A DNA stretch of 64,000 nucleotides from positions 13,144,001-13,208,000 of the forward strand of contig JBHGNT010000012.1 in assembly GCA_043228905.1 (NCBI GenBank), given 5' to 3'. Each line of letters opens with the position of its first letter. The first letter of the stretch is position 1. Origin of the DNA: Azolla caroliniana (Eukaryota > Plantae > Polypodiophyta). The notes below the pieces were generated by a model. The model was not told the DNA's origin, made no database searches, and saw only the letters and a program-made list of their open reading frames with translations. The translations under genes were made by a program, and so were the position numbers. Positions 1 through 12,040 of this stretch are shown here, in pieces.

Positions 1-1158
1 GTAGGTGTGATCACTTACAGTGGGTTGGATTCCCCATATCTGAACCAAACGATCATTCACAAAATTGTGTGAGCTTCCCGAATCAAATAAAAATTGTACG
101 GGAGATCCATTGATATACCCATTTGCACATAGTAAATCATTGGGACCCAATACATAGTGAGGGAAAGAACATTGACAATTACTTAAATGATGTGTATAGA
201 CCAGAAGGACATTAGGAATCTGACCTTTATGGTCTGTAGCTTTAGCTTTGTTGTCGTGCTCTTTCCGTTGGAGCTTTCGACATTGATCTTTTCTATGACC
301 CTTCTTTTTGCAGAATACGCAAAAAGGATGTTGTCGCTTACAATCCCGATCCATGAATTCGTTGGATGTCTTGCGTTTCCCAACAAATTGTGACTGCTTA
401 GTCCCGGGCGCTTCGTTGGGTTTGTTGTGGTCCTTCTTCGAAGTGCGTTGATAGCGAAGAAATCTTTCAACGGCGTCTTCGAAGGATTTTGGATCCTTAT
501 CGTGCACTATCCAGTAATAGTTCGAATTGGGGATGCCATTGACAAAACAAGCTATCAACCAATTGTCCCCTTCTAGACCCGATTTTTGGATTTGGGTTCT
601 AGCATGGTGAACATAGTCTTCTAGCGAGGAAAATTTCCTGCTAGAGAGGTTCATTAAAGCTTGTGCTGCCTCGGTTCGAGAGGGAGGTTGCAGAAATTGG
701 CCCTTAAAAACCGTGACAAAATCTGTCCAGGTATCGAGCAATTTCCCCATAGTACGGAGGCCACGCCACCAGGCGGCGACCTTACCCCCGAGTTCTCGGC
801 CGACATATGCAATCTTCGTACTATCTGGCGTGGGATAGAGCTCAAAATGAGACTCCCATCGTCCCAGCCATGTGTAGATTGCTTCTTCGGTTCTTTCCTT
901 TTTGTCTCCTGTAAATGGCTTAACGACAAATGATGGTTCACCTTGTCGCTCTTCAGGTCTATTAGTCTCACGTTGTAGACGAATGACACGTGCCTCAAGA
1001 GCACTCTGAGATTGCCAAAGTTCGGTCATCTGTTGAGCGGTGAAACTAAGGTATTGGGTTATTTGTGCCAAATACATCTCAGTGGACATTTGTCTAGGAG
1101 GATTCCCTTGAGTTCCTTCCGCTTGAGTGGATGACATCAGGTCGTTAATTTGAGCCAT
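1..1158 (-). pseudogene. gag/protease of A1, disrupted
   Basis: ATG at 1158 (MAQIND..) is homologous to ORF 56510. In-frame stops and frameshifts are present, e.g. TAA at 182-184. Confidence 0.9.
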
Positions 1159-2812
1159 TAAAGATAATTTTTTGGAAAAGAAATAGGATAAGGTCAAAGA
1201 GATAGTCATAACATCATGTCGTGATGTAAACATACCATGGTCAAACATTAATCGATATCATGATCTCACGTCAATACCCCTCTAGACGTATGAGATGAGG
1301 TTCAAGATCAGGTTACTATGGTAACACAAAGGTGTTTTAAAAACCATGGGGGTGACAATTTAATGTCTTTCCCTGATCTCTATATCGATTTTTTCATGGT
1401 GGCTCCCCGAGGCTCAACCATGTATGTTCGCGTCATGAATAGTTTATACTTGAAAAAAATGTTAACAATAAACTATGTTTCGGTGCCCACATATGTGGTT
1501 TCGGCTCTTTAAGTCCTATTATGAGGACCCCGAGGTGCACTTAGACCTCAAGTCTAAACATGTGTTATAGTCACATATGTATAAAGGATGTTGTATGGTC
1601 TTGGTCATATTTGAACTCGAGACCTTGAGAACAAATACATTAAACACTTGAGCCAACCAAGTAAGTTGCTCTTCTCAAATGCTTAATGTTTGATGCGTAT
1701 AAGAGATATGCGAGATCATATATGTTTTTTTTCAAAGAACATATATGTCAAGGGTCCTTATTTCGCCCTATTTTACCAAAACTATGTTGGTACGTTACCT
1801 ATCCTCAAGTCTCGTAATTACGATGGCATACGCCAAAGTGCAACCTAATGGTGAAGCCAAATGAGCCCTTGTTTCGTAGTAGGCTCACGTGGGCCATCAC
1901 ATGGTCACGTCATTACGAATGCGTCTTGTAAGAACGAGCTCATGGTGGCATCGTATCCATGTAACGAGGGAGGGATGTTGGATACGTGCGTCATTGAAGC
2001 GACCTCACTTGAAGTGGGTCAAGCCCTACGTACTCAACATCATTATGGCTATTGGCGTTTCTTTACGTAACAAAATCGAGGTCATCAACAGGGTTATCAA
2101 CAATAAAAAATTGTTGAAAAAGGGATGGTGACAACGCCATTCTCACAAAAATGTGAGGACGGCCACCAACATCCTTTTCCCGACCATGACAACTTTCGAC
2201 ATAATCACGTGATAACGAATATACACATATGTTTACTTTTCACATATATACGATCAAATACGTATATATGTGACCACATATGCCTATATTAAACATATCG
2301 TTATATTAAATAGCCACAAATGATGTGATCGAGATACGTAATCGAGGTATATACCTCTACGCACACGAAACATCCACAAATAAGAGATCATCGTAATACG
2401 CAATTGAGGTATTGACCTCTTACGCATACGAGACCAACCGCATATCGTTTACAACAAATCAAGGTATTAAACTCATACGCAAACGTAACATATGTTCGTG
2501 AAAGTAATACGTAATTGAGGTATTAACCTCGTACGCATACGACACTCATCACATATACCTCGACCTCGTGCACATATGTAAATGTTTTAGATAATCAATT
2601 AAAGACCACTACAACATCATTGACTTAATGAAAAAAATTACATATAAACTAAACACATGATTAGATGGGAGAAGAGAGAATAGAAAGAAAAATTATGGAA
2701 AGAGTTACCGAAGTTCTTTGTTGATCGTTGTCTGGATCAAGGCCAACCGCACAACGATCGATCAGCATCAATCAAAAGACAAATGAAAAACAAAGAAACA
2801 TTAGTACAAAAA

Positions 2813-2822
2813 TCTGATACCA
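2813..2822 (-). promoter_or_regulatory. PBS (tRNA-iMet) of A1
   Basis: TGGTATCAGA on the minus strand, 2 nt from the LTR end. Confidence 0.9.
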
Positions 2823-2824
2823 AA

Positions 2825-3279
2825 TATTATAGATCTAGGTACTAAAGTAAGCTTAAGATAAGGATAAAGAAATGAAAGATAGAAAGGAGAAAGAGAAAGA
2901 AGGGTGTCGATCCACCCGACCACCCCTGAGCGAAGGGATCGAGACGGACTCGAGCCTCGATCGGCGTCCCATACCTCCGCCGTGGCGTCGAGTCGTACCT
3001 GGTGCTGGAGCGTTCGCTACAAGAGTTGACCCACCACACGAGAAGAGTCTCGATGTAGTCAAAAGATGATCAAATGAGGGTAGCTAGGCCTCTTATTTAT
3101 AGCGATACCCAAGGCCCCCAGGCAAGTTCACACTTGACCTAATGTGTTGTCTCAATCCCGAGGATTAAAAGTAATCCTCCCCTTCTTTACACTCTCGTTT
3201 AACCCTCACACTTATCCACGTGTATAGAATAGTACGGTAAATTCTTACCACGGGATATTATATGGGCATGCCCGTAACA
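2825..3279 (-). repeat. 5' LTR of A1 (455 bp, TG...TA)
   Basis: Minus strand reads TGTTACGGGCATG...GATCTATAATA. Confidence 0.95.
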
Positions 3280-5864
3280 ATAAAACTTGTACCCCTTTTG
3301 CTCCAGTGAGTATCCTACGAGGATACATTTCTCCGTGTTAAGCGGCAAGCTCAACCGGATCCAGATCGGCATCCAGAAGGATGAGCCGGATCAGTGAGCC
3401 GGTGAGCTGGGGAGCCGGTTAGCTGGATCAAGCAGTAACCGGAAGCCAAGTAGCAGCTAGTCTACTAGGGAGTTAATATCTCGTAGTTAGCGTCAAACGC
3501 TCGTGTGAGCATTGAAGTACACCGTACTCCTGTCAATCCGTATGGACTTGTATAAAAGTGTTCGCTGAACACATACGATGTACAGACTGAGTAGTATTTT
3601 TTTAATTGAGTTTCTGTGTGCTCTCTCTCTCTCTCTGTCTCTCCTGCGTACTGTTAAGCTCTCCATTAAACTTGTTTTCTGTTTTCTATTGCTTCTGCAC
3701 GCTATTTGTTTCTACACTCCGACTTCGGGTCGAGCTTTTGTCTCTTCTCATCGGGGATGTGCACGTACGCAATGGAGCCAAACATCCGAACATGCGATAG
3801 GTCCGGCTTCTTTCCGAAAAAATCCTCATGCGGAGTAAGTTCATGCACACCCGATGTTGTACACCGATTCATGAGGTATACGGTCGTGTTAGCCACTTCT
3901 GCCCAGTACGACTTTGGCACGTGCTTTTCATTCATCACGGCCCGTGCTACTTCGAGGATGTGCCGATTCTTTCGTTCGGCCACTCCGTTTTGTTGTGGCA
4001 TATGTCGACACGAAAACTCTCGTCGAATTCCTTCTTTCCATAGATACACCGTAAACTCATCCGAGAAACATTCCTTGCCTCCATCCGATCGAAGGCACCG
4101 TACATGTCGACTCGTAACTTTTTCGACTTCACTCTTGAAATTTTGGAAGTGTATGAACACTTTGCTCTTTTGCCGCATCGGGTAGATCCAAGTGTGCCTA
4201 GAGAAGTCGTCGATAAAGGTCACGTAGTATCGGCATCCGCTGAATGTTGTCGTTTGAGGCGGTCCCCATACATCGGAATGAATTATGTCGAGTACGCCTT
4301 TGCTTACATTCCTCTCCTTCGGATATGGATGTCGATGTTGCTTGCCGAATTGGCAAGCCGCACATAGGCCTTCAATCTCTCTCTCTTTGAAGGTTGGGAG
4401 TCCGATGACGACTCCTTTCGATTGCATCGCCTTGACCTTTTGAAGGTTGATATGGCCAATCCGCTTGTGTCATAACTCTATGTTGGACTCAGCTTTTGTG
4501 CCTTTTGCGAACATGGCTGATTTCATCTCGTGCGAGTCGAGAATGAACATTCGGCCTTGTCTTCGTCTGCGCGCGATGAATCGGCCCTCTTTTTCGATAA
4601 ATCAATCGCCTTGATTAAATCGAACTTGCATTCCTTGCTCTATAATTTGGCCGACGGAGACCAAATTCTTTGTGATAGTTGGTACATGCAAGACATTTTT
4701 AATGTAAGTTTGCCTACCTTCTTCTCCGAACGGAACATTGCCGATGTGCCAAATTGGATGCGTAGTGTCGTCTCCAGTTTCAACATAGCCAGGTTGTTCT
4801 GGCTCTCAAAGTTCTCAGATCCATTCTTGATGAGATGTGATATGGTTCAAGGCACTAGAGTCAACGAACCATACGTCTTCTAGACCTAAAGCACTAGTTA
4901 AAGTAGAAGCCGACATAAAATTTGCTCTATGTCTCATCACGAACATTCCGCCACGATCGTCATAGTCGGAGTTGGTGGCGTAGTTGGCTAGTTATCGACT
5001 AGTAGAAGCCGACTCGCGCATCTTCTTTTGGCACTCTTCTTCGTGGTGGCCGATTTTGCCGCAATATCTGCATTTGACCGAGTTTTGTCGGCTCGTACGG
5101 GAATTGAAGCTCCCCCTTCTTCCGAAGGTTCCTCGATGGCTTCCATCTTGATGCCAAAATTGCGAGTTGTTTTTGTAAGTCAGGCCTCATCCGCCTCATC
5201 CTTGGCCGAATCGGCCTCTTCTTGCACGGCCGCATCCTCTTCCTCTGTCCGAATGTGTGTAGAGCATGTGGCCTTCCAAGGCGTTGCTCCTTGTTCGAAC
5301 ATGATTTTCTTCGACCAACAACGTGGTTTGAAGATAGAAGGAGGGCAGATTCTCTCGTGCTAGTACGGTGGTCTGCATCACGCCGAACCATGATGCAAGG
5401 CCGCCGAGGCATATTTGCACCATTTCGTCATCCTCCACATTGATGTTTATCAACCCGAGCGAGTCGCAAAGCTCCTTGATCTTCAAGGTGTAGCTTGTGA
5501 TGGACATATCCCTTTGTTGGATGTTGTTCAAATCTTGGCGAAGTTGAAGCTTTCTCGTAGTCGTGTTGGCGGCGAAAATCTTTTGTAGATTCTCCAACGC
5601 TTCCTTCGGCGTCTCGGCTTCTCGAATGTACCCGAGCATGTGGTCGTGAACACATGTCGCCAAGCAATACATCACTCAACTTGCCACTTGCTCCCACGTT
5701 GCATAGTCGGCGTCTTTCGGGTCGGGTCGGTTTTCTTGTGCTCCCTTGATGTAACCCTAATAGCCTTGGCCAACAAGGTATTGGTGCATCTTGTACTCCC
5801 AAGATGCGAAGTTGTTTCGGTCCAACTTCTCGCTAGGGAGAGCGCTCCCCATTTGAGTATTCAT
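3280..5864 (-). pseudogene. Copia gag-protease-integrase of C1, frameshifted
   Basis: ORF pieces 5196-5675 (gag) and 3702-4427 (integrase: HSDVWGP, RSDGGKE, QNGVAERKNRH). Confidence 0.9.
3336..3716 (+). mobile_element. Solo LTR (381 bp), probably Copia, inserted in C1 integrase
   Basis: TGTTAAG...CTACA with TSD CTCCG on both sides (3331-3335, 3717-3721), TATAAAA near 3551; the host frame (DPKS|EKCIL) resumes across it. Confidence 0.9.
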
Positions 5865-6031
5865 TGTCGATTAAGCTTCGTTTCTTCTTTTCCTTCTCTC
5901 TCAAACACGAGCTATGAAGTGGTACTACGATAGTGATGAGCCGGTTCTTCTTGAACATCGGCGTAGAGCACAACACACGATCACGAAGAGGCGAGTGGGC
6001 TAGATCGAGCTACCAAATCGCTCTGATACCA

Positions 6032-6491
6032 TGTAAAGAATCGATGGTGATTCTTGTGCAGCGGAATAGATATGTGTGTTATGTGTGTGTGTGAGAAAAA
6101 TAGAGGAGAGAAGAGAACACAAGATAGATAAGCAAGAGAAAATAAAATACTCAAGAAGAAGGTGTATATTTCACAAGTAGAATGGAGATACAAATTTGTA
6201 GCATTACAAAGAGTCACAACCGACTTAGTATGAAGTGTGAGGAGGGTGCTTTATATATAGTCACCCTCTCTCTTCATTAACTAACTACAACCACCACTCT
6301 CTTTCTTGGGGAATGTGAAGACTCATAGTCATGGGGAATATGTAACTCATTACTTATGTGTGATAGAATATGATTCTATGACACATAGTTAATGTGCAGA
6401 GAGTAGTGGTGTGACTCTTGACCTTTGAGTAATCATAGATTCTCAAGAGGTGTGTTCACACGTTGCACTATGTTGAGCTTGATTCTCAACA
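6032..6491 (-). repeat. 5' LTR of Copia C1
   Basis: TG...CA termini, abuts the PBS, similar to the C2 LTRs. Confidence 0.9.
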
Positions 6492-7251
6492 ATTCTATAC
6501 ACGTGGATAAACAGTGAGGGTTAAAGGAGAGTCTAAAGAAGGGGAGGATTATTTTTAATCCTCGGGATTGGGACAACCCATTACACCAAGTGTGAACTTG
6601 CCTGGGGGCCTTAGGCCTGGCTATAAGGCTATAAATATGAGGCCTAACTACCCTCATTTGACACATTATCGACTACGTCGAGACTCTAACAATGTGGTGG
6701 GTCATCTCTTGTAGCGAGCACGTTAGCACCAGGTACGACTCGACACCATGGTGGTGGTATGGGGCGTCGATCGAGGCTCGAGTCTCTCTCGAACCCTTCG
6801 CTCACAGCTGGTCGGGTGGATCGACACCCTTCTTTCTCTATCTCCTTTCTTATTGATCTATATCTTTTATTGTTATCATATGCTTACATTAGATCATCAC
6901 TTTAAAAGATCGAGACAGACTCGAGCCTCGATCAGCATCCCATACCACCGTCGTGGCGTCGAGTCGTACCTGGTGTTGGTGCGCTCACTACAAGAGTTGA
7001 CCCACCACAATGTCACAGTCTCAATGTAGTTGATAATGTGTCAAATGAGGGTAGCTAGGCCTCATATTTATAGCCAGACCTAAGGCCCCCAAGCAAGTTC
7101 ACACTTGGCCTAATAGGTTGTCTCAATCCCGAGTATTAAAAGTAATCCTCCCTTTCTTTAAACTCTCGTTTAACCCTCACACTTTATCCACATGTATAGA
7201 ATACTACCGTCGATTCTCACCATGGGATATTATATGGGCATGCCCGTAACA
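6492..7251. repeat. Two family-A LTR pieces in inverted orientation (+ 6492-~6895; - ~6907-7251)
   Basis: Both match the family A LTR; the minus piece keeps the TGTTACGGGC terminus at 7251. Confidence 0.85.
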
Positions 7252-8537
7252 CCTATCCATGTCTCCTCGGCTTGATGCGGCTTTGTCCGAATCAGTGCAC
7301 TTCTTCTAGCACTCGCTCTCTTTGTGGCCTTTCTTGCCACAATACCAGTAGTCCGTCGCGGGCTTCCCTTGCCAGCTTCCAATGCCGCCTTGACTCCCCC
7401 TACTTGTGGAGGGTCCGGAACTTCTTTCGGCACCTCCTTTGTGCCTCTAGTTCTGCTCTTGTTGGCCGCCTTCATTGTGTGTTGACCCCCCTCGTCCACC
7501 ACGACCACAGGGCCTCTTTGCCTCCGTGTACAACATCTTGTTGCCGATGTGCGTACTCGTCGACACGCCCGAGTGGTTTTCTTCTACGAGCAACATCGAT
7601 TGAAGCTTGAAAAACGAAGGTGTATTTGCTCTCGTGCAGACTGCCATTCGGAATGCTCTGAACTTTGACGCCAAGCCTCCAAGACAGACTTGTACCATCT
7701 CGTCTTCTTCCACGGTTACATTGACAAAGCAAGAGAGTCACATATCTCCTTTATCTTAGAGGTATAGTCAACCACTGACATATCTCTCTGTCAGACATTG
7801 ATCAGCTCTTGTTTGAGTTGTAGCTTTCTAGCTGTGGTGCTCGTGACAAAAAACTTCTTCAGATTTCCCCAAGCATCCTTTGTCGTTTTGGCATCCTTGA
7901 TATAGCTCAAAAGTTGGTCACTCACACAGGATGTGAAGCAATACAAAACTCTGCTTGCCACCTGTTCCCAGGCCAAGAAATCTCTGTGTGTTGACTCGGG
8001 TGGTGCATCATTCGCTCCTTCGACATAACTCTAGTAACTGTGCCCGAGCAAGTACCAGTGCATCTTGTACAACCAAGATGAGTAGTTGCTCCTATCGAGT
8101 TTCTCTATCAGAAGAGAGCTTCCCATTCCTCTGTCCATGTTCATGTCTTTTCTTTTCCTAAAAATGAAGAAACTTGTCTCTGACTTGTTCGCTTGCTTTT
8201 CGGTTGGCTGCAAAGGACTCTTAATACCATATAAAAGTGTACGTGTGTGAAAGCGTAAGCGTGAGACACAGAGTACCCAGTTGGTTATTCGAAAACTCGA
8301 TAGTTAGGTAAACATAGAGAATATGAGAGCGAGAGACTGAGTGGAGTAGACAACAATATTTCGATTACTAAAAGACTTTGTACATACAATAGTGCTACGA
8401 GGGCACTTTATATACAAGCCCTGATGAGTGGGCTTCGAATCGAACTCGATTCGATTCAGCTCTCAACTTCTTCTGCCGGTTCGGGCCTGTTCGATTGGTC
8501 TTCAACTGATTTGGCCAAGTTAAGTTGTCTCTCAACA
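7252..8537 (-). mobile_element. Old Copia 5' fragment: gag with zinc knuckle, degenerate PBS, LTR about 8232-8537
   Basis: ORF pieces 8031-8213, 7791-7976 and 7447-7713 are homologous to C1/C2 gag; LTR end TGTTGAGA at 8537. Confidence 0.8.
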
Positions 8538-8539
8538 AT

Positions 8540-8955
8540 TATTAAACATTGGATTCATTCGACCAGTGAAGAAAGCAACTTGGTTGAGTCCGATAATGAT
8601 CGTACCAAAGAAAAATGGCAAGATTAGAGTTTGTGTCGTCAATCAGAAACTCAACTCCGCAACCATCACAAATGCGTTACCTCTACCCTTCACATATATA
8701 GTTCTAGATGCGGTGGTTGGTTACGAAATATATAGCTTTCTTGATGGGTTTAGTGGCTATAATCAGATCATGATGCACCATATAGAAAAATGTTGAATGG
8801 CTTGTTTGAGCCTCAATCCTACAAAATGTGCTTTTGGTGTGGCTAGTGGAACACTACTTGGCCATATTGTAAGTCGGAACGATATTACCGTTAACCCCGA
8901 CAAAGTCAAGGCAATCATGGAAGCACTAGTCCCGACCAATGCAAAAGCACTCATG
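8540..8955 (+). pseudogene. Non-chromovirus Gypsy RT fragment with internal deletion
   Basis: ATWLSPIMIVPKKNGKIRVC...FLDGFSGYNQI, similar to the element E RT (62740-63498). Confidence 0.8.
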
Positions 8956-9829
8956 GCGCTTATGCATTACATGTGAGGCATGATAACCATTGAAGCTCAT
9001 TGAAGCTCTCATGTATGAAAATTTATATGGATAAGTAAAGTGATGAAAATATACCTTTAAAAAAAGAAAACTTGGCCTAGTGGTATGTATATTTTACATT
9101 GTATATAGGTTGTGGGTTCAAGTCTCTGAAATGTCACTATTATACTTGAGTTTTTTTTTATATCATGAAACAATTCCTTCATGACACCCACGACAATGTG
9201 AAATCATAGTTCTTCGTCGTTTTCCCCCAGTGTGCCTTGTTTAACACGACATCGATGTAGAGCAGAAACACTTCCCATTATAAAAAAACCATCTATAAAA
9301 CCTTCCTTTGTCCCGTATGGAATGAAACTCCAAAGTTGAGCTTCGCCTATTGTGTTTTACCTTTTAAATGTTATTGAAAGAACCTCTAAGATTATGCACA
9401 ATCTCTGTGCAAATCCCAAAATTTATCTAGGCAGGTCGCCTTTGTCTCATCTCTATAAATTAAAGACCGTAAGACTTTCTTTATGTAATACGAGATTTTA
9501 ATGTTGATAAAATATCATTTTAACAATCCCAATGTCTTTTGTAAATTCCAATTGAACTAGTAGCACAACCATTTTTTCATCTTGAAAGTCCAAGCATGGT
9601 GCTTGAAGATACACAAAATCAAGTAAATTCTACAAAAGATGGATTTCAGAATTTTACATCGAAGAATTCGTAATGCCAATACAAAGAGGTAGCATTGAGG
9701 CCCGTGATGGAATTTTTGGAACACGAACCTAAGCTCCTCCTGGGAAGTTATGATGGAAAGTGAATTTCCAAATGACGGGGTCAACCTATCACGCCGACCT
9801 CGGTCCTGACCCTAGATGAAGTCTAAAAG

Positions 9830-10835
9830 TCACAATGCTACTCTCTTTATGGAAATCATTTTGTGGTAACTATTGACCACAACTCCTTGAAATTTTTTGT
9901 GATCAACAAGATCTTAAGGGTCATAAAGCATGATGGTTGGATCTCATGCAGGATTTTGATTATTCAATATGATATTGTTAGTGTTCCATGAACATTGTCA
10001 TTGATGCATTTAACTTCACTGTAATAACATCAAATCTTTATGATCACCTTTGAGGAAAGTATCTTGATGATAGTTATTTTTCAAAACATTGGGCAAGGGC
10101 TGACTATGAATAGACATAATCACACCTTCAAAGGGATCTTTCCACATTGGTAACGATCTACTCTACCATAATGGGAAAGTTTATGTTCCATATTTGCCTT
10201 AGGTAAAAAACAAAAATATTTTTTAATGCCACAATGCACTCTTAGCAAATGTGCCGTGGAATACATTGCACACTCTTTCTCATCTCTACTTAATTCTATT
10301 GGTCTACAATGCATCTTGACATACATAATAACTATGTGACTAAATATCACCAATGTCAGGCTAACGGAGCCGTGAGACTTAAAGCCACGAGTCTTTTACA
10401 TTCCTTGAACATTCTCAACAATGAACGGGAAAGTATATCCATGGATTTTATTGTTAGCCTTCCTCACATCTGAAAAGGCCATGATGGATGTTGTGACTAT
10501 TCAAGATTCAAAATCTACTAACAACTTTTGGACACAAGTCTTTAAAAACTACCTTGAGCATGAGCTCCATGGACCATCCTCAATTCGATGGATAGACAAA
10601 ACTTGAGGACATGCTTTGAGCATACGTTGCAACGAAGCCAACAAAATGGGAAGCCAATACTAGGTACGGTCGAAGTCATAACAGTAGTATGGGATGTCAT
10701 TCAAGGTTTGGGTCCATCTTGATCCCTCCCATCAAGGGTGGTTCAGCGGATTGGCTGGCACCCTTCTTTCTCTCTATGTCACATTATTATCTTATTTACT
10801 TCATTATTTACATGCTTACATTAGAATAAATCTAT
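9830..10835 (+). pseudogene. Heavily decayed family-A RNase H/integrase and LTR remnant
   Basis: Recognisable similarity to 59230-60230 (e.g. GGGAAAGTATATCCATGGATTTTATTGTTAGCC) and to the LTR 3' half. Confidence 0.75.
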
Positions 10836-11224
10836 AATCTAGTTTAAGGAAAACTCTAGTCTATGTTTTCTTATATTATGCAGATATCCTCACTTTGTAA
10901 TGTTAATATCAATACCTCAAATCCCTTCCATCATGATCACTATTTGTAACATCAAGTCTATCAAGTGATTTGTGTGGTTGATTCACAACACCGCAAAAAA
11001 CACTTGAAACCAAGCATATATGAGGGTTGTTGGAACTCTGGCTATCATCAACACACACTCTTTGGGTCCACTCAAACATTATGGACCATAACATGTCTGG
11101 CTTTCATATCACTCTGGAACCATGCTTCTAGAGTACTTTTGGTAAGAGGAAGGCCAATTTTAGTATAAACCAGAAATTGGAGGGTATTCCTGAAGAATTC
11201 ATTCCTTCCCAAACAAAATAGAGG

Positions 11225-11254
11225 CGTTACTTTTAGGGTTTGTGTGTCTATGGG

Positions 11255-11291
<37 letters not shown>

Positions 11292-11295
11292 CTAT
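11225..11295 (+). promoter_or_regulatory. Putative Pol II promoter of the snoRNA cluster: telo-box plus (CT)n(TA)n
   Basis: TAGGGTTT at 11234-11241 and a TA repeat at 11274-11291, about 170 bp upstream of the first snoRNA. Telo-boxes are typical of plant snoRNA and ribosomal-protein promoters. Confidence 0.5.
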
Positions 11296-11453
11296 GTTTT
11301 ATCCTTGCAGAGGCAGAAGCATTAGCATAAGCAGTAGCAGTAGCTGATCTCTTCCCTGGTTGCTCAGATCCCTGCATTTCTTCTTATTGAATTGCTTCTT
11401 GCTCTATGCGATAGATAACGGTGTCGTATCTGCAACTGTTTTGCAATGTCTCT

Positions 11454-11568
11454 CGGGCGTGATGATGACTTCTTTCCCCGAATGACCGACTCTGATTCGA
11501 TGTTGTCTACATTTTTCGTGCCTCTTTTGAAAAGAAGAGGCCGAATAAGCCAGAAACATTCTGACCCG
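11454..11568 (+). ncRNA. Box C/D snoRNA, SNORD12/snR190-like, copy 1
   Basis: C box GTGATGA 11459-11465; guide CTTCTTTCCCCG complementary to LSU rRNA CGGGGAAAGAAG; D' ATGA; D box CTGA 11561-11564; terminal stem GTCTC-T-CGGG/CCCG-C-GAGAC. Confidence 0.85.
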
Positions 11569-11705
11569 CGAGACTGTCGAAACATTCTCATTGAAGCAAT
11601 AGTAACGAATGTCTTGATTTCTGTACATTAGGCTCAGCTTCTAATAGTCTGCCTTCTTTATAAATTTTTGCAAGTTTTGGTGAGAGTATTGCATTTGTAG
11701 TTGTG

Positions 11706-11824
11706 TGTGGAGGTGATGATGACTTCTTTCCCCGAATGAGCGACGCTGATTCGACACTTTCTATATATTTTCTTGCATCTTTTGAAAAGAAGATGCAGAA
11801 AAAGCCAGAAAGTACTGATCCACA
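11706..11824 (+). ncRNA. Box C/D snoRNA, SNORD12/snR190-like, copy 2
   Basis: GTGATGA 11713-11719, same guide, CTGA 11815-11818; different terminal stem TGTGGA/TCCACA; compensatory change in the internal stem (GCCTCTT/AAGAGGC vs GCATCTT/AAGATGC). Confidence 0.85.
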
Positions 11825-11924
11825 TCTGTTATGAAATAGTCATGGAGGGTTTTAGGTAGGATGTTTGAAATGTGTTTTCGATTGTCATCGAAACATTATG
11901 CTGTGGTATATCATGGCTTCTGGT

Positions 11925-12040
11925 AAGCATGATGATTCTTTCTCAAAGTCAATCGTCAATTAGCGCTCAAAAATTGAATAGGGAGATGTTACGCTACTAA
12001 ATGACTTTAAGATTGCTAATTAGATGATGTACCTGAGATT
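11925..12040 (+). ncRNA. Candidate third box C/D snoRNA
   Basis: ATGATGA 11929-11935; CTGA 12033-12036; CTAATTAGATGA (12016-12027) complementary to conserved LSU rRNA TCATCTAATTAG; internal stem AAAGTCA/TGACTTT. Confidence 0.55.

Larger units (their letters stand above)
1..3279 (-). mobile_element. Gypsy chromovirus family A, copy A1: 5' LTR, PBS, 1.7-kb leader, gag and start of protease; runs off the window start
   Basis: Reverse complement closely matches the intact copy at 54366-57670. Inserted in the integrase region of Copia C1. Confidence 0.95.
3280..6491 (-). mobile_element. Ty1/Copia C1: 5' LTR, PBS, gag-PR-IN; interrupted on the left by A1
   Basis: LTR 6032-6491 (TGTTGAGAATC...TTTACA), PBS TGGTATCAGAGC 6020-6031, coding region homologous to C2. 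Confidence 0.93.

Noticed and set aside
9770-9816. Helitron 3' end (hairpin plus CTAG)
   Set aside because: CTAG is followed by A rather than T, the hairpin geometry is atypical, and no 5' TC end was found
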